A DNA stretch of 64,000 nt, taken from NCBI GenBank assembly GCA_011525805.1, contig WYBR01000059.1, positions 3,386-67,385 on the forward strand. Direction: 5' to 3'. Positions 55,251 to 64,000 of this stretch are shown piece after piece. A model generated the notes under the pieces. That model saw nothing but the letters and a program-made list of their open reading frames with translations. It was not told the DNA's origin and searched no databases. Source of the stretch: Vicinamibacteraceae bacterium. GTDB lineage: Bacteria; Planctomycetota; Phycisphaerae; Phycisphaerales; UBA5793. Position 1 is the first letter of the stretch. Each line of letters opens with the position of its first letter. Position numbers and translations under genes: made by a program.

Positions 55251-56033
55251 TCAGTGCCCGGGTTCGGCCGGAGGAATAGTTGCGGATTCGACCTCGATGG
55301 GTCCGCCGTGGCCGGCCTGCATGGCGGTCTCGATGGCGCGGGCCTCGTCGATGTCGAGCGCCGAGAAGCCGACGACGGCCGCGACGCCGGCGCCGGCGAG
55401 CGCGAGCCCGAGCGCGGCGCAGACGTAGCCCCAGCGCTTCTGCGCCTCGACGCTGATGGTCAGCCCCCATGTGATCGCCGCGGTCCACAGGCCGTTGGCG
55501 AAGTGGAAGACGAGCGCGCTGACGCAGACGAGGTAGAAGAGGGCCATGAGCAGGCCAAGGCCGCCCTGCTGAAAGTGCGCGGCGGTGCTCGACGCGGCGT
55601 GCTCGCCCTCGAAGGCCGGCATCAGCCCGCCGTAGGTCCAGCCGAAACGAAGCGAGGTGATGTGCAGGAAGATGAAGAGGACGCCGACGTAGCCGCTGAG
55701 GCGCTGGAGCGAGTAGCGCCAGTTGTCCTGGTAGTTGTAGGCCTTGACGTTGCCCTTGCCGGTCGTGGCGTAGTAGATGCCCAGCAGGGCGTGGAAGGCG
55801 ATGGGCACGAAGAGCACGAGCCACTCCATGAGCGGGAGGGCGGCGAGGTTGTGAATGAAGTTCACCTCGTGCTGAAAGGTCTCGACGCCCGCGTCACCGT
55901 GCTGGCTCTTTCCCAGCACGCGGCCCCACATGATCGAGGAGTTGGTCGTGAGGTGGAAGAGCAGAAACGCGCCGATGGGGACGATGCCGCTGAGCGAGTG
56001 CAGGCGGCGGAGCAGGAAGTAGTGCCGATCCAT
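55251..56033 (-). CDS. sdhC: Succinate dehydrogenase cytochrome b558-type membrane subunit
   Basis: The ATG at 56033 gives MDRHYFLLRRLHSLSGIVPIGAFLLFHL, similar to the B. subtilis SdhC N-terminus. Five TM segments with conserved His. Confidence 0.85.
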   Translation of the reverse strand: MDRHYFLLRRLHSLSGIVPIGAFLLFHLTTNSSIMWGRVLGKSQHGDAGVETFQHEVNFIHNLAALPLMEWLVLFVPIAFHALLGIYYATTGKGNVKAYNYQDNWRYSLQRLSGYVGVLFIFLHITSLRFGWTYGGLMPAFEGEHAASSTAAHFQQGGLGLLMALFYLVCVSALVFHFANGLWTAAITWGLTISVEAQKRWGYVCAALGLALAGAGVAAVVGFSALDIDEARAIETAMQAGHGGPIEVESATIPPAEPGH

Positions 56034-56187
56034 GAATCCGGCGGATGGTTCAGACACGGCAGAGCGCCTTTCCAGCGGAGGAGCGGGGTGAGGTCGGCCC
56101 CGGCGGCCGCCCCCGGCCGGAGCGCGGCATTATACGGCCGGGCGGAGGTTTCTCTGGCAGGGGGAATTACCTGAAGCCGCGCCGCGA

Positions 56188-56646
56188 CTACGGCCGGACT
56201 CCCCCGCCGCGCGGGCCGCGCCCGGGGCCGCCCCCGCCGCCCGAGATCGCCTGGGCAACGCGGACGTACTGCATCCGCAGTTCGTAGAGCACGGCTGCGA
56301 GTTGCTTGGCCTCATCCTCCGTGAGATTGCCCTTGGTCTTGGTTTCGAGGACGCCGAGGAGGTCGATCTGGTGCCGGGCGGCTTCGAGATCGACCATGGG
56401 GCGGTTGGTCTGCGGATCGACGTATCCGCCCATGTAGAGGAGCGCCTGCGTGGCCATCATGCCCATGAGGGTGTCCCAGTTGGCGGGGGGGAGTTGGCCG
56501 TGGGCGCCCGCGGCGCCTGGGCCGCCGCCGGCCTTGGTTTGCGCCTTCTCCTGCTCGATGGCCGCGAGGCGCTCTTTCTCCGCCTGGGCCTGGCTCTTCC
56601 AGTCGCTGTCAATCTGAATCTTCGGCTGCTCGCCCTGGTCTGCCAT
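56188..56646 (-). CDS. DUF1844-like protein
   Basis: 152 aa. ...MATQALLYMGGYVDPQTNRPMVDLEAARHQIDLLGVLETKTKGNLTEDE... fits the DUF1844 pattern from memory. Confidence 0.72.
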   Translation of the reverse strand: MADQGEQPKIQIDSDWKSQAQAEKERLAAIEQEKAQTKAGGGPGAAGAHGQLPPANWDTLMGMMATQALLYMGGYVDPQTNRPMVDLEAARHQIDLLGVLETKTKGNLTEDEAKQLAAVLYELRMQYVRVAQAISGGGGGPGRGPRGGGVRP

Positions 56647-56722
56647 GTCCGCCCGCTCCTTGCTGCGTCCTGCGGTTGAAAGTCGGTCCGTAAGGGGCAG
56701 TATAGGCGGATGCGCCGCGCCC

Positions 56723-58267
56723 TCATCCCCGCCGCACCCGGCGCTCGATGAAGCGGATGAGCAGGCTGAGGAGCACGGCCATGCAGGCCGCTGGGACGGC
56801 GCCGAGGAGGGTCAGCCGCGAGTCGTTGCGCGCCAGGCCGCGCGCGATGAAGTCGCCCAGCCCGCCCGCGCCGATGTAGGTCGAGAGCGTGGCGATCCCG
56901 ACCGTCAGCACCGTTGCGGCGCGGATGCCGGCAATGATCACCGGTGCCGCGAGGGGCAGTTCCACCATCCACAGGCGCTGTCGCGAGGAGAATCCCAGCC
57001 CGTCGGCCGCCTCGATCACCTGCCGCGGCACTTCGCGCAGACCCGTGAAGGTGTTGAGCACAACGGGCAGCAGGGCGTAGAGGACCAGCGCCGTCACCGC
57101 CGGCGCCGTCCCCAGCAGGCCGTAGAGCGCAAAGAGAAACGCCAGCATCGCCAGGCTCGGGATTGTTTGCACGATCTCCGTGAAGGCGAGGACCGCGCCG
57201 CGGGCCGCGTCCCGGCGATGGATGAGAATGCCCAGCGGCACGCCGATGAGGACGGCCATCGACGCGCCCAGCGCCGTCAAGACGAGATGCTCGCCGACCT
57301 TGCGCGCCACCTCGCCGCGCCGCTCGATTGCCAGGGCGAAGACGCCGCGCGCGTCGCCGGCGTCCCGCTCCTGGGCCTCCTCGCGCGCGGGCCGCTCGCC
57401 GAGGCGGTCTTCGATCCACTCGCGCGCCACCTCCGCCGGAGACCGCTTGAGCACGTCCACCGCGTGGTTCATCCGCCGCATCGACTCGTCGTCGATCGTC
57501 CCCGCGAGCGTTGCCAGCACCTCGCGCAGCCGGGGCAGACGCGCGAGCACCGCGCTCCGCACCACCGGCGCCGCGTCATAAGGAGGAAAAAAGCCGCGAT
57601 CATCCTCGAGGACCGCGAGGTTGTACTCGGCGAGGCGCCCGTCCGTGGCGAACGCGCAGATCAGATCGACCTGCCCGCGGTTGAGCGCCTCGTACATGAG
57701 GCCGGGGTCGAGGTCGGTGGTGCGGCCGATCGCGAGGCCATACGCCACGCGCAGCCCCGGCAGGCCGTCGGGCCGCTCCATGAACTCGGAGGTGAACCCA
57801 CCGTGCAGCCCGGCGGCGTCGGCGGCGAGGTCGGAGAGGCGCCGCCAGCCGCGCTGCGCCGCGTCCTCGGCGCGCACGGCGATCGCGTAGGTGTTGTTGA
57901 AGCCGATGGGCGGCAGCCATTCGAGATCGAAGCGCAGTCGGTAGTTGCGCGCGACGGTTCGGTAGGCGAGGTCGGGGTTGGCGATGACGTCGCGCTTGAG
58001 GATGTTGAGCAGGCCGGTGCCGGTGTACTCGACGTAAAGGTCGATCTCGCCGGCGAGCAGCGCGGCCTGGCAGAGGTCGGTGCCGCCGAGGCCGAAGCGC
58101 CGCACCACGCGCCATTCCGAGCCGCGCTCGATGAGTTGCGCGACGAGTTCCCCGAGGATTTCCTGCTCGGTGAAGTTCTTGGCGCCGATGCGGATGGTCT
58201 CGACCTGCCGGGCCGGCGCGGGCGAACCGCCGAGCAGGACGACGAGCGCGAGGATCCACCGGCACAT
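56723..58267 (-). CDS. Osmoprotectant-type ABC transporter, fused substrate-binding and permease protein
   Basis: N-terminal glycine-betaine-type binding domain (IRIGAKNFTEQEILGEL...). C-terminal 5-6 TM permease with an EAA-like loop IEAADGLGFSSRQRLWMVELP. Confidence 0.88.
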   Translation of the reverse strand: MCRWILALVVLLGGSPAPARQVETIRIGAKNFTEQEILGELVAQLIERGSEWRVVRRFGLGGTDLCQAALLAGEIDLYVEYTGTGLLNILKRDVIANPDLAYRTVARNYRLRFDLEWLPPIGFNNTYAIAVRAEDAAQRGWRRLSDLAADAAGLHGGFTSEFMERPDGLPGLRVAYGLAIGRTTDLDPGLMYEALNRGQVDLICAFATDGRLAEYNLAVLEDDRGFFPPYDAAPVVRSAVLARLPRLREVLATLAGTIDDESMRRMNHAVDVLKRSPAEVAREWIEDRLGERPAREEAQERDAGDARGVFALAIERRGEVARKVGEHLVLTALGASMAVLIGVPLGILIHRRDAARGAVLAFTEIVQTIPSLAMLAFLFALYGLLGTAPAVTALVLYALLPVVLNTFTGLREVPRQVIEAADGLGFSSRQRLWMVELPLAAPVIIAGIRAATVLTVGIATLSTYIGAGGLGDFIARGLARNDSRLTLLGAVPAACMAVLLSLLIRFIERRVRRG

Positions 58268-59025
58268 CAGCGCACCTCCCCGATGAGCGCCGCCTGCCGT
58301 CTGGCGTGATCGAAGAGTTCGGCGACGAAGGGCGTCGCGGGGCGCTCCATGAGGTCCGACGCCGTGCCGATCTGCTCCAGCCGCCCGCCGTTCATCACGC
58401 CGATGCGGTCCGCGAGGCGAATCGCCTCGAAGAGGTCGTGCGTGACGAAGACGATGGTCTTGCGCAGCGCGGCCCGGAGGTCGATGAGTTGCCGCTGCAA
58501 CTGGTCGCGCGTCACGGCGTCGAGCGCGCCGAACGGCTCATCCATGAGCAGATGCCCCGGGTCGGCCGCCAGCGCGCGGGCGATGCCGATGCGCTGCTGC
58601 TGCCCGCCGGAGAGGTGAAGGGGCAGCCGCCCGCCGTGTTCCTCCGCGTCCAACCCGACGAGTTGCAGCAGTTCCGCCGATCGCTCCCGGCGCTTCTCAA
58701 CGGGCCAGCCGAGCAGGCGAGGCACGATCTCGACGTTCTCGCGGGCCGTCAGGTGCGGAAAAAGCCCGATGTCCTGAAAGACGTACCCGATCGAGCGCCG
58801 CAGGTCGAGCACATCGCGCTCGCGCACCTCCACGCCGTCCACCTCGATGCGGCCGGCGCTCGGCTCGATGAGGCGGTTGATCATCTTGAGGGTCGTCGTC
58901 TTGCCGCAGCCCGAGGCGCCGAGGAGCACGAGCGTCTCTCCGCCGCCGACATCGAGGCTCACGTCGCGCACCGCGCACGTGGCGCCTCCGTCAAACGACT
59001 TAGACAGTTCGGAAAGCAGTATCAC
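58267..59025 (-). CDS. ABC transporter ATP-binding protein
   Basis: GASGCGKTT Walker A, LSGGQQQRIGIARAL signature, LLMDEPFGALD Walker B. Its stop overlaps the permease ATG. Confidence 0.92.
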   Translation of the reverse strand: MILLSELSKSFDGGATCAVRDVSLDVGGGETLVLLGASGCGKTTTLKMINRLIEPSAGRIEVDGVEVRERDVLDLRRSIGYVFQDIGLFPHLTARENVEIVPRLLGWPVEKRRERSAELLQLVGLDAEEHGGRLPLHLSGGQQQRIGIARALAADPGHLLMDEPFGALDAVTRDQLQRQLIDLRAALRKTIVFVTHDLFEAIRLADRIGVMNGGRLEQIGTASDLMERPATPFVAELFDHARRQAALIGEVR

Positions 59026-59357
59026 TCGCGCACGGGCTCCGCGGGTCGCGATTGGTGCAGCAAATCGATGGGATGTGCGGTAACGTATTCATAGGCACTC
59101 CGCTCCGGCGGAGCCGCCTGGAGTCGGTGGGGGCGCCTCGCGGCCCATTGTGCAAGCCGCGCCTTCCCGCGCGTCGATGTATGGAAGAACGCCGACCGTG
59201 GCTCATGGCCCGCCCCGCCGAGGCCCGACGACCCGGCCGACCGGGCGACCTTTCCGCGGGCGCGGATGGAGACGGCAGGGGCGCCCTCCTGATTGCCGGT
59301 CGCGGGCGCCGATCGCGGCGCGTAAGATCAGACCTCCGGATTCCCGGGAGACTGGCC

Positions 59358-60662
59358 ATGCTCGAGTCAGAGAATCGTGGTGGATGGACGCCGGCAGGCG
59401 CGCTCACGCTGACGCTGGCAAGCGCGCTCGCGCTGGTGGGCTGCGCCGGCAAACCCGACAGCCTGGCGGCGCGACCCGAGCGGCCGCACGCCAGCCGGAC
59501 GCTGAGCGTGGCGGACTTCCGGGGCGAGCCGGCCGCGCCGCCCTTGGCGGTCGTCGGCTCGGCGGCGGTAGGGGCCCAGGCGCAGGCGGCCGCGTCGGCG
59601 GTTCCGGGAGCGCCGCAGGGGAGCAGCGCCGCTGCGGCTCCGGTCGAGGCGCCGCCGACGGCGCAGACGCCATCGGCCGCCGAAGCCGGCACTGTGCCGC
59701 CCGCCTTCGTCAGCCACGCCGGTCTCGTCGGGCAAGTGAACGGCCGGCCGATCTACGTCGCCGAGTTCTTCGCCCCCGTCGAAAACCAGTTGCGCATCTG
59801 GGGGCGCGACATGACGCGCCTCGAGTTCACCGCCAAGGCCTACACCTTCATCCAGGAGCAACTCGCCGAACTCATCACCCGCGAACTCGTCTACTCCGAG
59901 GCGGAGGCTTCGCTCACCGAAAACGAGCGCGTCGGCCTGCGCTACTTCCTCCAGCAACTGGAGGCGGACGTAACGCGGACGCGCGGCCGGGTCGCGCAAG
60001 AGCAGGTGCTGCGCGAGGAGCAGGGGCTGGGGGTCGATGAGGTCATCGAACTCGAACGGCGCAAGCAACTCGTCAAGTACAAGATTCAGGCGGAGATCCG
60101 CAAGCGCGTCGTCGTCTCGTGGCGCGACGTGGAGCGCTACTACCGCGACCACTACGCCGAGTTCAATCCGCCCGCCTCGATCCAGGTGCGCATCCTCGCC
60201 GTCAAGGCGTCGGACGTGGCGAAGCGGGCCGAGATCGAGCGCTCCCTCGCCGAGGGTTACCTCTTCAGCGCGCTGGCCGAGGAGCACAGCGCCATCCTCG
60301 CCAGCCGCGGCGGCCTGCTCGACCCCATGCCGCTGACGCAGGGGCTCGAGAGCACGGCCATCACGCGCTGGCCCGAGGTGGACGCCCTCGCCCGGACGCT
60401 CAGGGAAGGGGAGTTCGGCGGGCCCGTCGTGAATGGTGACCTTGCCATCTGGGTCTACGTGGAGAACTTCGAGGACGGCACGGGCCGCTCTCTCTACGAC
60501 CTCCAGCATGAAATCCAGGAGCGCCTGGCAAACGAGCGCTTCGCCGCCGAGCAGAAGAAATACCTCGCCGACCTCTTCGCGCGCGGCAACATGGACGACT
60601 TCAACAACATGACTTATCTCCTCCTCGACATCGCGATTCAGCGCTGGGCCAGGCCGGAGTAA
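59358..60662 (+). CDS. Lipoprotein, SurA/PrsA-like chaperone or parvulin-type PPIase
   Basis: ATG at 59358. Lipobox LALVGCAG. Ala/Pro-rich linker, SurA-like N-domain, and a parvulin-like segment IQVRILAVKASD...GGLLDPM. Confidence 0.7.
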   Translation: MLESENRGGWTPAGALTLTLASALALVGCAGKPDSLAARPERPHASRTLSVADFRGEPAAPPLAVVGSAAVGAQAQAAASAVPGAPQGSSAAAAPVEAPPTAQTPSAAEAGTVPPAFVSHAGLVGQVNGRPIYVAEFFAPVENQLRIWGRDMTRLEFTAKAYTFIQEQLAELITRELVYSEAEASLTENERVGLRYFLQQLEADVTRTRGRVAQEQVLREEQGLGVDEVIELERRKQLVKYKIQAEIRKRVVVSWRDVERYYRDHYAEFNPPASIQVRILAVKASDVAKRAEIERSLAEGYLFSALAEEHSAILASRGGLLDPMPLTQGLESTAITRWPEVDALARTLREGEFGGPVVNGDLAIWVYVENFEDGTGRSLYDLQHEIQERLANERFAAEQKKYLADLFARGNMDDFNNMTYLLLDIAIQRWARPE

Positions 60663-60667
60663 CGGCG

Positions 60668-61096
60668 GTGAGCGCGCTCTTCGCCTGGTGCCGGCGCCGG
60701 TGGTCGGCATGGCGCGGCGCCGAGCGCCGAGACGAGCGCCACCAACTCGGTCAGCGCGGCGAAGACCTCGCCGTCTCCCACCTTGCCTCCATCGGCCTGC
60801 ACTGCATCGACCGCAACGTGCGGCTGCGCGGCGGGGAGATCGACCTCATCTGCGAAGCCCGCGACGGCGCCATCGTCTTCGTCGAAGTGAAGACGCGCAC
60901 CGGCGATGAGTACGCCGGCGAACTCGCCATCAACCGCGCCAAGCGGGCGCGCCTCATCCGTCTCGTGCAGATGATCGCCCGTCGCCGCCGCTGGCTCACC
61001 CGGCGCCTGCGCATCGACGTGGTCGTCATCGTCTGGCCGGCGGGAGGCGAGCCCCTCATCCGCCACCACCCCAGCGCCGTGACGCTGGACCGCTGA
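60668..61096 (+). CDS. yraN: YraN-family (UPF0102) endonuclease-like protein
   Basis: GQRGEDLAVSHLASIGLHCIDRNVRLRGGEIDLICEARDGAIVFVEVKTR. GTG start. Confidence 0.8.
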   Translation: MSALFAWCRRRWSAWRGAERRDERHQLGQRGEDLAVSHLASIGLHCIDRNVRLRGGEIDLICEARDGAIVFVEVKTRTGDEYAGELAINRAKRARLIRLVQMIARRRRWLTRRLRIDVVVIVWPAGGEPLIRHHPSAVTLDR

Positions 61097-61137
61097 CGCG
61101 ATTCCCGATCAAGCGTTTCGGCGCGCACGAGCCGCCA

Positions 61138-61345
61138 GACCAGGCCGAAGCGCCAGCGAGGACGAGAGGCACGGCCGCGAAGAGGCACAAGAGGCGCAGA
61201 GCGAGATCGAACCAACCGAAGCGCTGGAGATGCCGAAGCCCTCCACCGCGGCGCCGTGCTTCGCGGCTCTCTGAGCAAAGCATGGCGAACGGGCAAGCAC
61301 AGCCGTTCGCCCTTGCCTCTCGGCACACATCGCCCGCCTTCGGTC
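61138..61345. repeat. Repeat family 1 copy with degenerate right arm
   Basis: Begins gaccaggccgaagcgccagcgaggacgagaggcac. The distal gcctctcg...ccttcggtc pairs only partially. Contains the internal hairpin ggcgaacgg(n10)ccgttcgcc. Confidence 0.5.
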
Positions 61346-61658
61346 CAACTCAGGCCGGGGAAGCGGTCCGATGTGTGGCGCCCCCAATTGATTCGCCGCA
61401 CCAGAGAGGGTGCCACACAGCATCGCGCCAGCGTGCTGTGTGCGAGCGAGCAACGACGAACGAACGGAGGAGACACGAGCGTCCTGGCCCTTCGCGCTGC
61501 ACTCTCGCCCGAGGCGGGTCGATGCATGGCACGAGCCCCGGACACCCGTCCCTCTCTCCAGTCGCGCCTTGGGGTACACCCCCGATTGATCGCCTCGGCC
61601 ACGGGGTTCGTCGGCGGCGCGGGGCCGCTCGCCGCACCGCGCGCTATCGTGAGCCTGC

Positions 61659-62513
61659 ATGTCTGGAGCGATTGGATTGAGCGACCCTGGGCCCGCCGCG
61701 CCGTTGCCCGAGCGGCGGCCGTGGTACCGCGGCAAGCCGCTGCGCCGCCTGCAGAGCCTCGTCGGCGCCGTGGTGCATCATCACCCCCACCGCAACCTCT
61801 TCATCACCGCGATGCCCAAGTCCGGCAGCACCTGGCTGGCGCGCATGCTCGCGTCCATCCCCGGCTACCGCGAGTGGATCCCCACCTACATCACCGAGAC
61901 GGACCACACCCTGCGCCCGGATTCGCTCCGCCATCCGCCGCTGGGCTACACCGTCACGAAACTGCACTGCAAGCCCACGTCCGAGCACATCGCCCTGCTC
62001 AACGGCCTTCAGCGCCCCTACGTCATCCTCTTCCGCGACTTGCGCGACGCGGCCGTCAGCGCCTACTTCTACCTCCACGGCGTCTATCGCCACGACTCCG
62101 CCGCCCCCTATCGCACCCTCGGGGCCGAGGAAGGCATCGCACGCTGGATCGATGAACGACTCAGCGAGCGCATCGAATGGATCGACGGCTGGCTGCGCGG
62201 CCACGACCCGAAGTGGGGCCTCATCGTCCGCTACGAAGAGTTGCTCCGCGACACGCTCGGCGTCCTCCACGGCGTCTGCGACCACTACGAAGTCAACCTG
62301 ACTGCCGCCCAGTTGCAGCGCATCGTGCAGCGAAACTCCTTCGAGCGGACCACCGGCCGCAGACCCGGCACGCCTGACGCCGCCTCCTTCAACCGCAAGG
62401 GAATCGCCGGCGACTGGGTCAATCACTTCACCCCCGCGCTTAAGGAGCGATTCAAGGCGATCGCAGGCGACGCGCTGGTTCGCTTCGGGCATGAGAAGAG
62501 CAGCGACTGGTGA
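61659..62513 (+). CDS. Sulfotransferase (Sulfotransfer_1-like)
   Basis: ITAMPKSGSTWL 5'-PSB loop, FRDLRDAAVS, RKGIAGDWVNHF near the C-terminus. Confidence 0.8.
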   Translation: MSGAIGLSDPGPAAPLPERRPWYRGKPLRRLQSLVGAVVHHHPHRNLFITAMPKSGSTWLARMLASIPGYREWIPTYITETDHTLRPDSLRHPPLGYTVTKLHCKPTSEHIALLNGLQRPYVILFRDLRDAAVSAYFYLHGVYRHDSAAPYRTLGAEEGIARWIDERLSERIEWIDGWLRGHDPKWGLIVRYEELLRDTLGVLHGVCDHYEVNLTAAQLQRIVQRNSFERTTGRRPGTPDAASFNRKGIAGDWVNHFTPALKERFKAIAGDALVRFGHEKSSDW

Positions 62514-62589
62514 TGCGGCGGAGCGCGATGAACGGGCAATCGCGTCCGTTCACCACGGCGCGCGCCGCATCGCGCTGCAACGCCGCCGG

Positions 62590-63546
62590 TCATGACGTGC
62601 GCTGAAGAGTGCGCCTGGTCTTGCGCACGGCGTGCGCGGCCGCGTCGAGCGCGACCCAGAGCGGATGATGCGTGCGCCATCCGGAGACGGGCTGATAGCC
62701 GAGTTTCACCATCGTCGGCCCGGCGAGGCGCTCGACCAGCGCGACCTGGCGCGGCGTCAAGTTCGACCGGTAGCGTCCGATCGAGGCGTTGGAGAGGGGA
62801 CGGCGCGTCTGGCCCTTCCACGCCGACTCTCGCTCGTGAAATCCGCTCGGCCCGCGCTCGTGGTAGCGCAGCATCGCCGGCTCGAACGCCTCGCCGAGAA
62901 AGTCGCACAGGCGGCGCAACTCCTCCTCCGGCCGCTCAATGAGCGTCTCGAAGCGCACGCCGGTGTAGCGCTGCGGCGGCATCTCATGGCACAGCCTGCG
63001 GTGCTCGTCGAGGATCTTGCGCCAGTTCCGCGCGTGGTCGCGCACCGAAGCCGTCGTCCACTCCATGGTTCGCATCGAGGCGACGACGTCGCGCGCATCG
63101 CGGTAAACGTGAATGAACCGCGCGGCCGGAAAGACCTGCGCGATGCGCCGCACGCACTTGCAGTGAAGCGGGCTCTTTTCGCCGAGACGCGCCTTGCCGC
63201 TGCGCGACCGCCACGCGCGCATCAGCGCCAGAAACAGCGACGCGGCGCTGCGATCGCTCGCCCGCATGAGCGGCTCGACCTCGCGGCGCTCCAGCCCCAG
63301 GTCGGCCCAGTCCGGCGAGGCGAAATAGTCCTCGAGCCACGCCTCGAAGCGGTCCGCCGGCAGGGGGTCGCCGCCGAAGCGCGGCTCGATCGGGTCGTGC
63401 CGCTGAAAAAACTTCGTCTCCGGCGGGATGTCCAGGCGCGAATGCGACGCCAGCATCGTCTGTACCAGCGTCGTCCCGCTGCGCCCCGTGCCCACGATGA
63501 AAAAGAGATTGTCCGCCAGCGGGTCGGTTGCGGGCATGATGCTCAT
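62590..63546 (-). CDS. Sulfotransferase-family protein
   Basis: ATG at 63546. FIVGTGRSGTTLV loop, HVYRDARDVVAS, RYRSNLT. Confidence 0.8.
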   Translation of the reverse strand: MSIMPATDPLADNLFFIVGTGRSGTTLVQTMLASHSRLDIPPETKFFQRHDPIEPRFGGDPLPADRFEAWLEDYFASPDWADLGLERREVEPLMRASDRSAASLFLALMRAWRSRSGKARLGEKSPLHCKCVRRIAQVFPAARFIHVYRDARDVVASMRTMEWTTASVRDHARNWRKILDEHRRLCHEMPPQRYTGVRFETLIERPEEELRRLCDFLGEAFEPAMLRYHERGPSGFHERESAWKGQTRRPLSNASIGRYRSNLTPRQVALVERLAGPTMVKLGYQPVSGWRTHHPLWVALDAAAHAVRKTRRTLQRTS

Positions 63547-63611
63547 TATAGTTGGGGCGGCGCGGCGTCCGGACGCGGTCAGCGCCGCCGATCGCTTCGC
63601 TCGGGAGGCTG

Positions 63612-64000
63612 ATGAACGTCTGCGTCGTCATGCCGGTGTACAACGCCGCCGCCGCGGTCGGTTGCGCCATCCGCAGTGCGCTGGCCGAGACCCGCGTCTC
63701 GGCCGTCATCGTCATCGACGACGGCTCGACGGACGGCAGCGCCGACGCGGCCCGCTCGGTCGCCGACGCCCGCATCCTCGTCGAATCGCAGCCCAACGCC
63801 GGGCCGGGCGCCGCCCGCAACCGCGGCATCGACCTTGCCCTCAATGGGCGCGAGGTGACGCACCTCCTCTTCCTCGACGCGGACGACCAGTGGCTGCGCG
63901 GCTCACTCGACGCCGTCGCCGCGATCGTCGCCGAACATCCGCACGCCGGCCTCATCGTCGGCGGCCGCGTCGAAGTGGACGGCGGCGAGGAGAGAGCCGC
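63612..64000 (+). CDS. Family 2 glycosyltransferase (5' part, runs off the window)
   Basis: Open-ended frame not in the track. The ATG at 63612 gives MNVCVVMPVYNAAAAVGCAIRSAL...VIVIDDGSTDGS...LFLDADD. Confidence 0.8.
   Translation, partial: MNVCVVMPVYNAAAAVGCAIRSALAETRVSAVIVIDDGSTDGSADAARSVADARILVESQPNAGPGAARNRGIDLALNGREVTHLLFLDADDQWLRGSLDAVAAIVAEHPHAGLIVGGRVEVDGGEERA

Noticed and set aside
59026-59357. Possible glycine or osmoprotectant riboswitch in the 330-bp region upstream of the ABC transporter operon
   Set aside because: I could not find the conserved glycine-riboswitch cores (…CACCGAAGGGGCAA…/…CUCUGGAGAG…) or any other riboswitch signature I know on either strand. An Rfam scan would be decisive.
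1-64000. Scan for rRNA, tRNA, tmRNA, CRISPR arrays, transposases and integrases
   Set aside because: No intergenic segment showed tRNA cloverleaf features (T-loop GGTTCGAATCC-type with a matching acceptor stem) or regularly spaced direct repeats. No ORF had DDE or tyrosine/serine recombinase motifs. The scan was by eye only; tRNAscan-SE, Infernal and a CRISPR finder should confirm.

Overview
High-GC bacterial chromosome segment. The gene content suggests Planctomycetota: a DUF1559-type prepilin-like protein, DUF4190/DUF2752 membrane proteins, many secreted repeat proteins and several sulfotransferases. This is inference only; no search was run. About 60 protein-coding genes can be supported. 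Many long ORFs in the track are antisense or out-of-frame artefacts of the GC bias. The track also uses GTG/TTG starts, so I re-derived several starts by hand. Housekeeping genes include dnaA (isolated, no dnaN), mutM, lpdA, asnS, gmk, dus, dinG, rmuC, parB, sdhC-sdhA, fdx-iscX and an osmoprotectant-type ABC transporter. I found no rRNA, tRNA, CRISPR array, transposase or integrase. Main leads: (1) A translationally coupled three-gene cassette (a TIGR04255-like protein plus two unknowns, 51571..53308) sits immediately downstream of sdhA. It is bracketed by a ~100-nt direct duplication of the 3' end of sdhA, which looks like an island junction without a recombinase. (2) A hicA toxin gene is start/stop-coupled to an unrecognised 255-aa winged-helix-like protein rather than to hicB. 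A short HicB-like gene abuts it convergently, and the whole locus lies in a less GC-rich islet. (3) A topoisomerase VI subunit B gene has no subunit A anywhere in the window. (4) Two families of dispersed intergenic repeats are present, and in each family two copies directly flank a single gene. (5) Two perfect 14-bp parS-like palindromes lie upstream of a parB that has no parA. (6) Smaller items: a G5-run frameshift in a secreted-protein gene, a His/Tyr-rich secreted mini-protein, a recurring C-x2-C...C-P-E-C-G zinc-ribbon family, and a 35-codon ORF coupled to a symporter. All family names come from motif recognition by eye, not from database searches.
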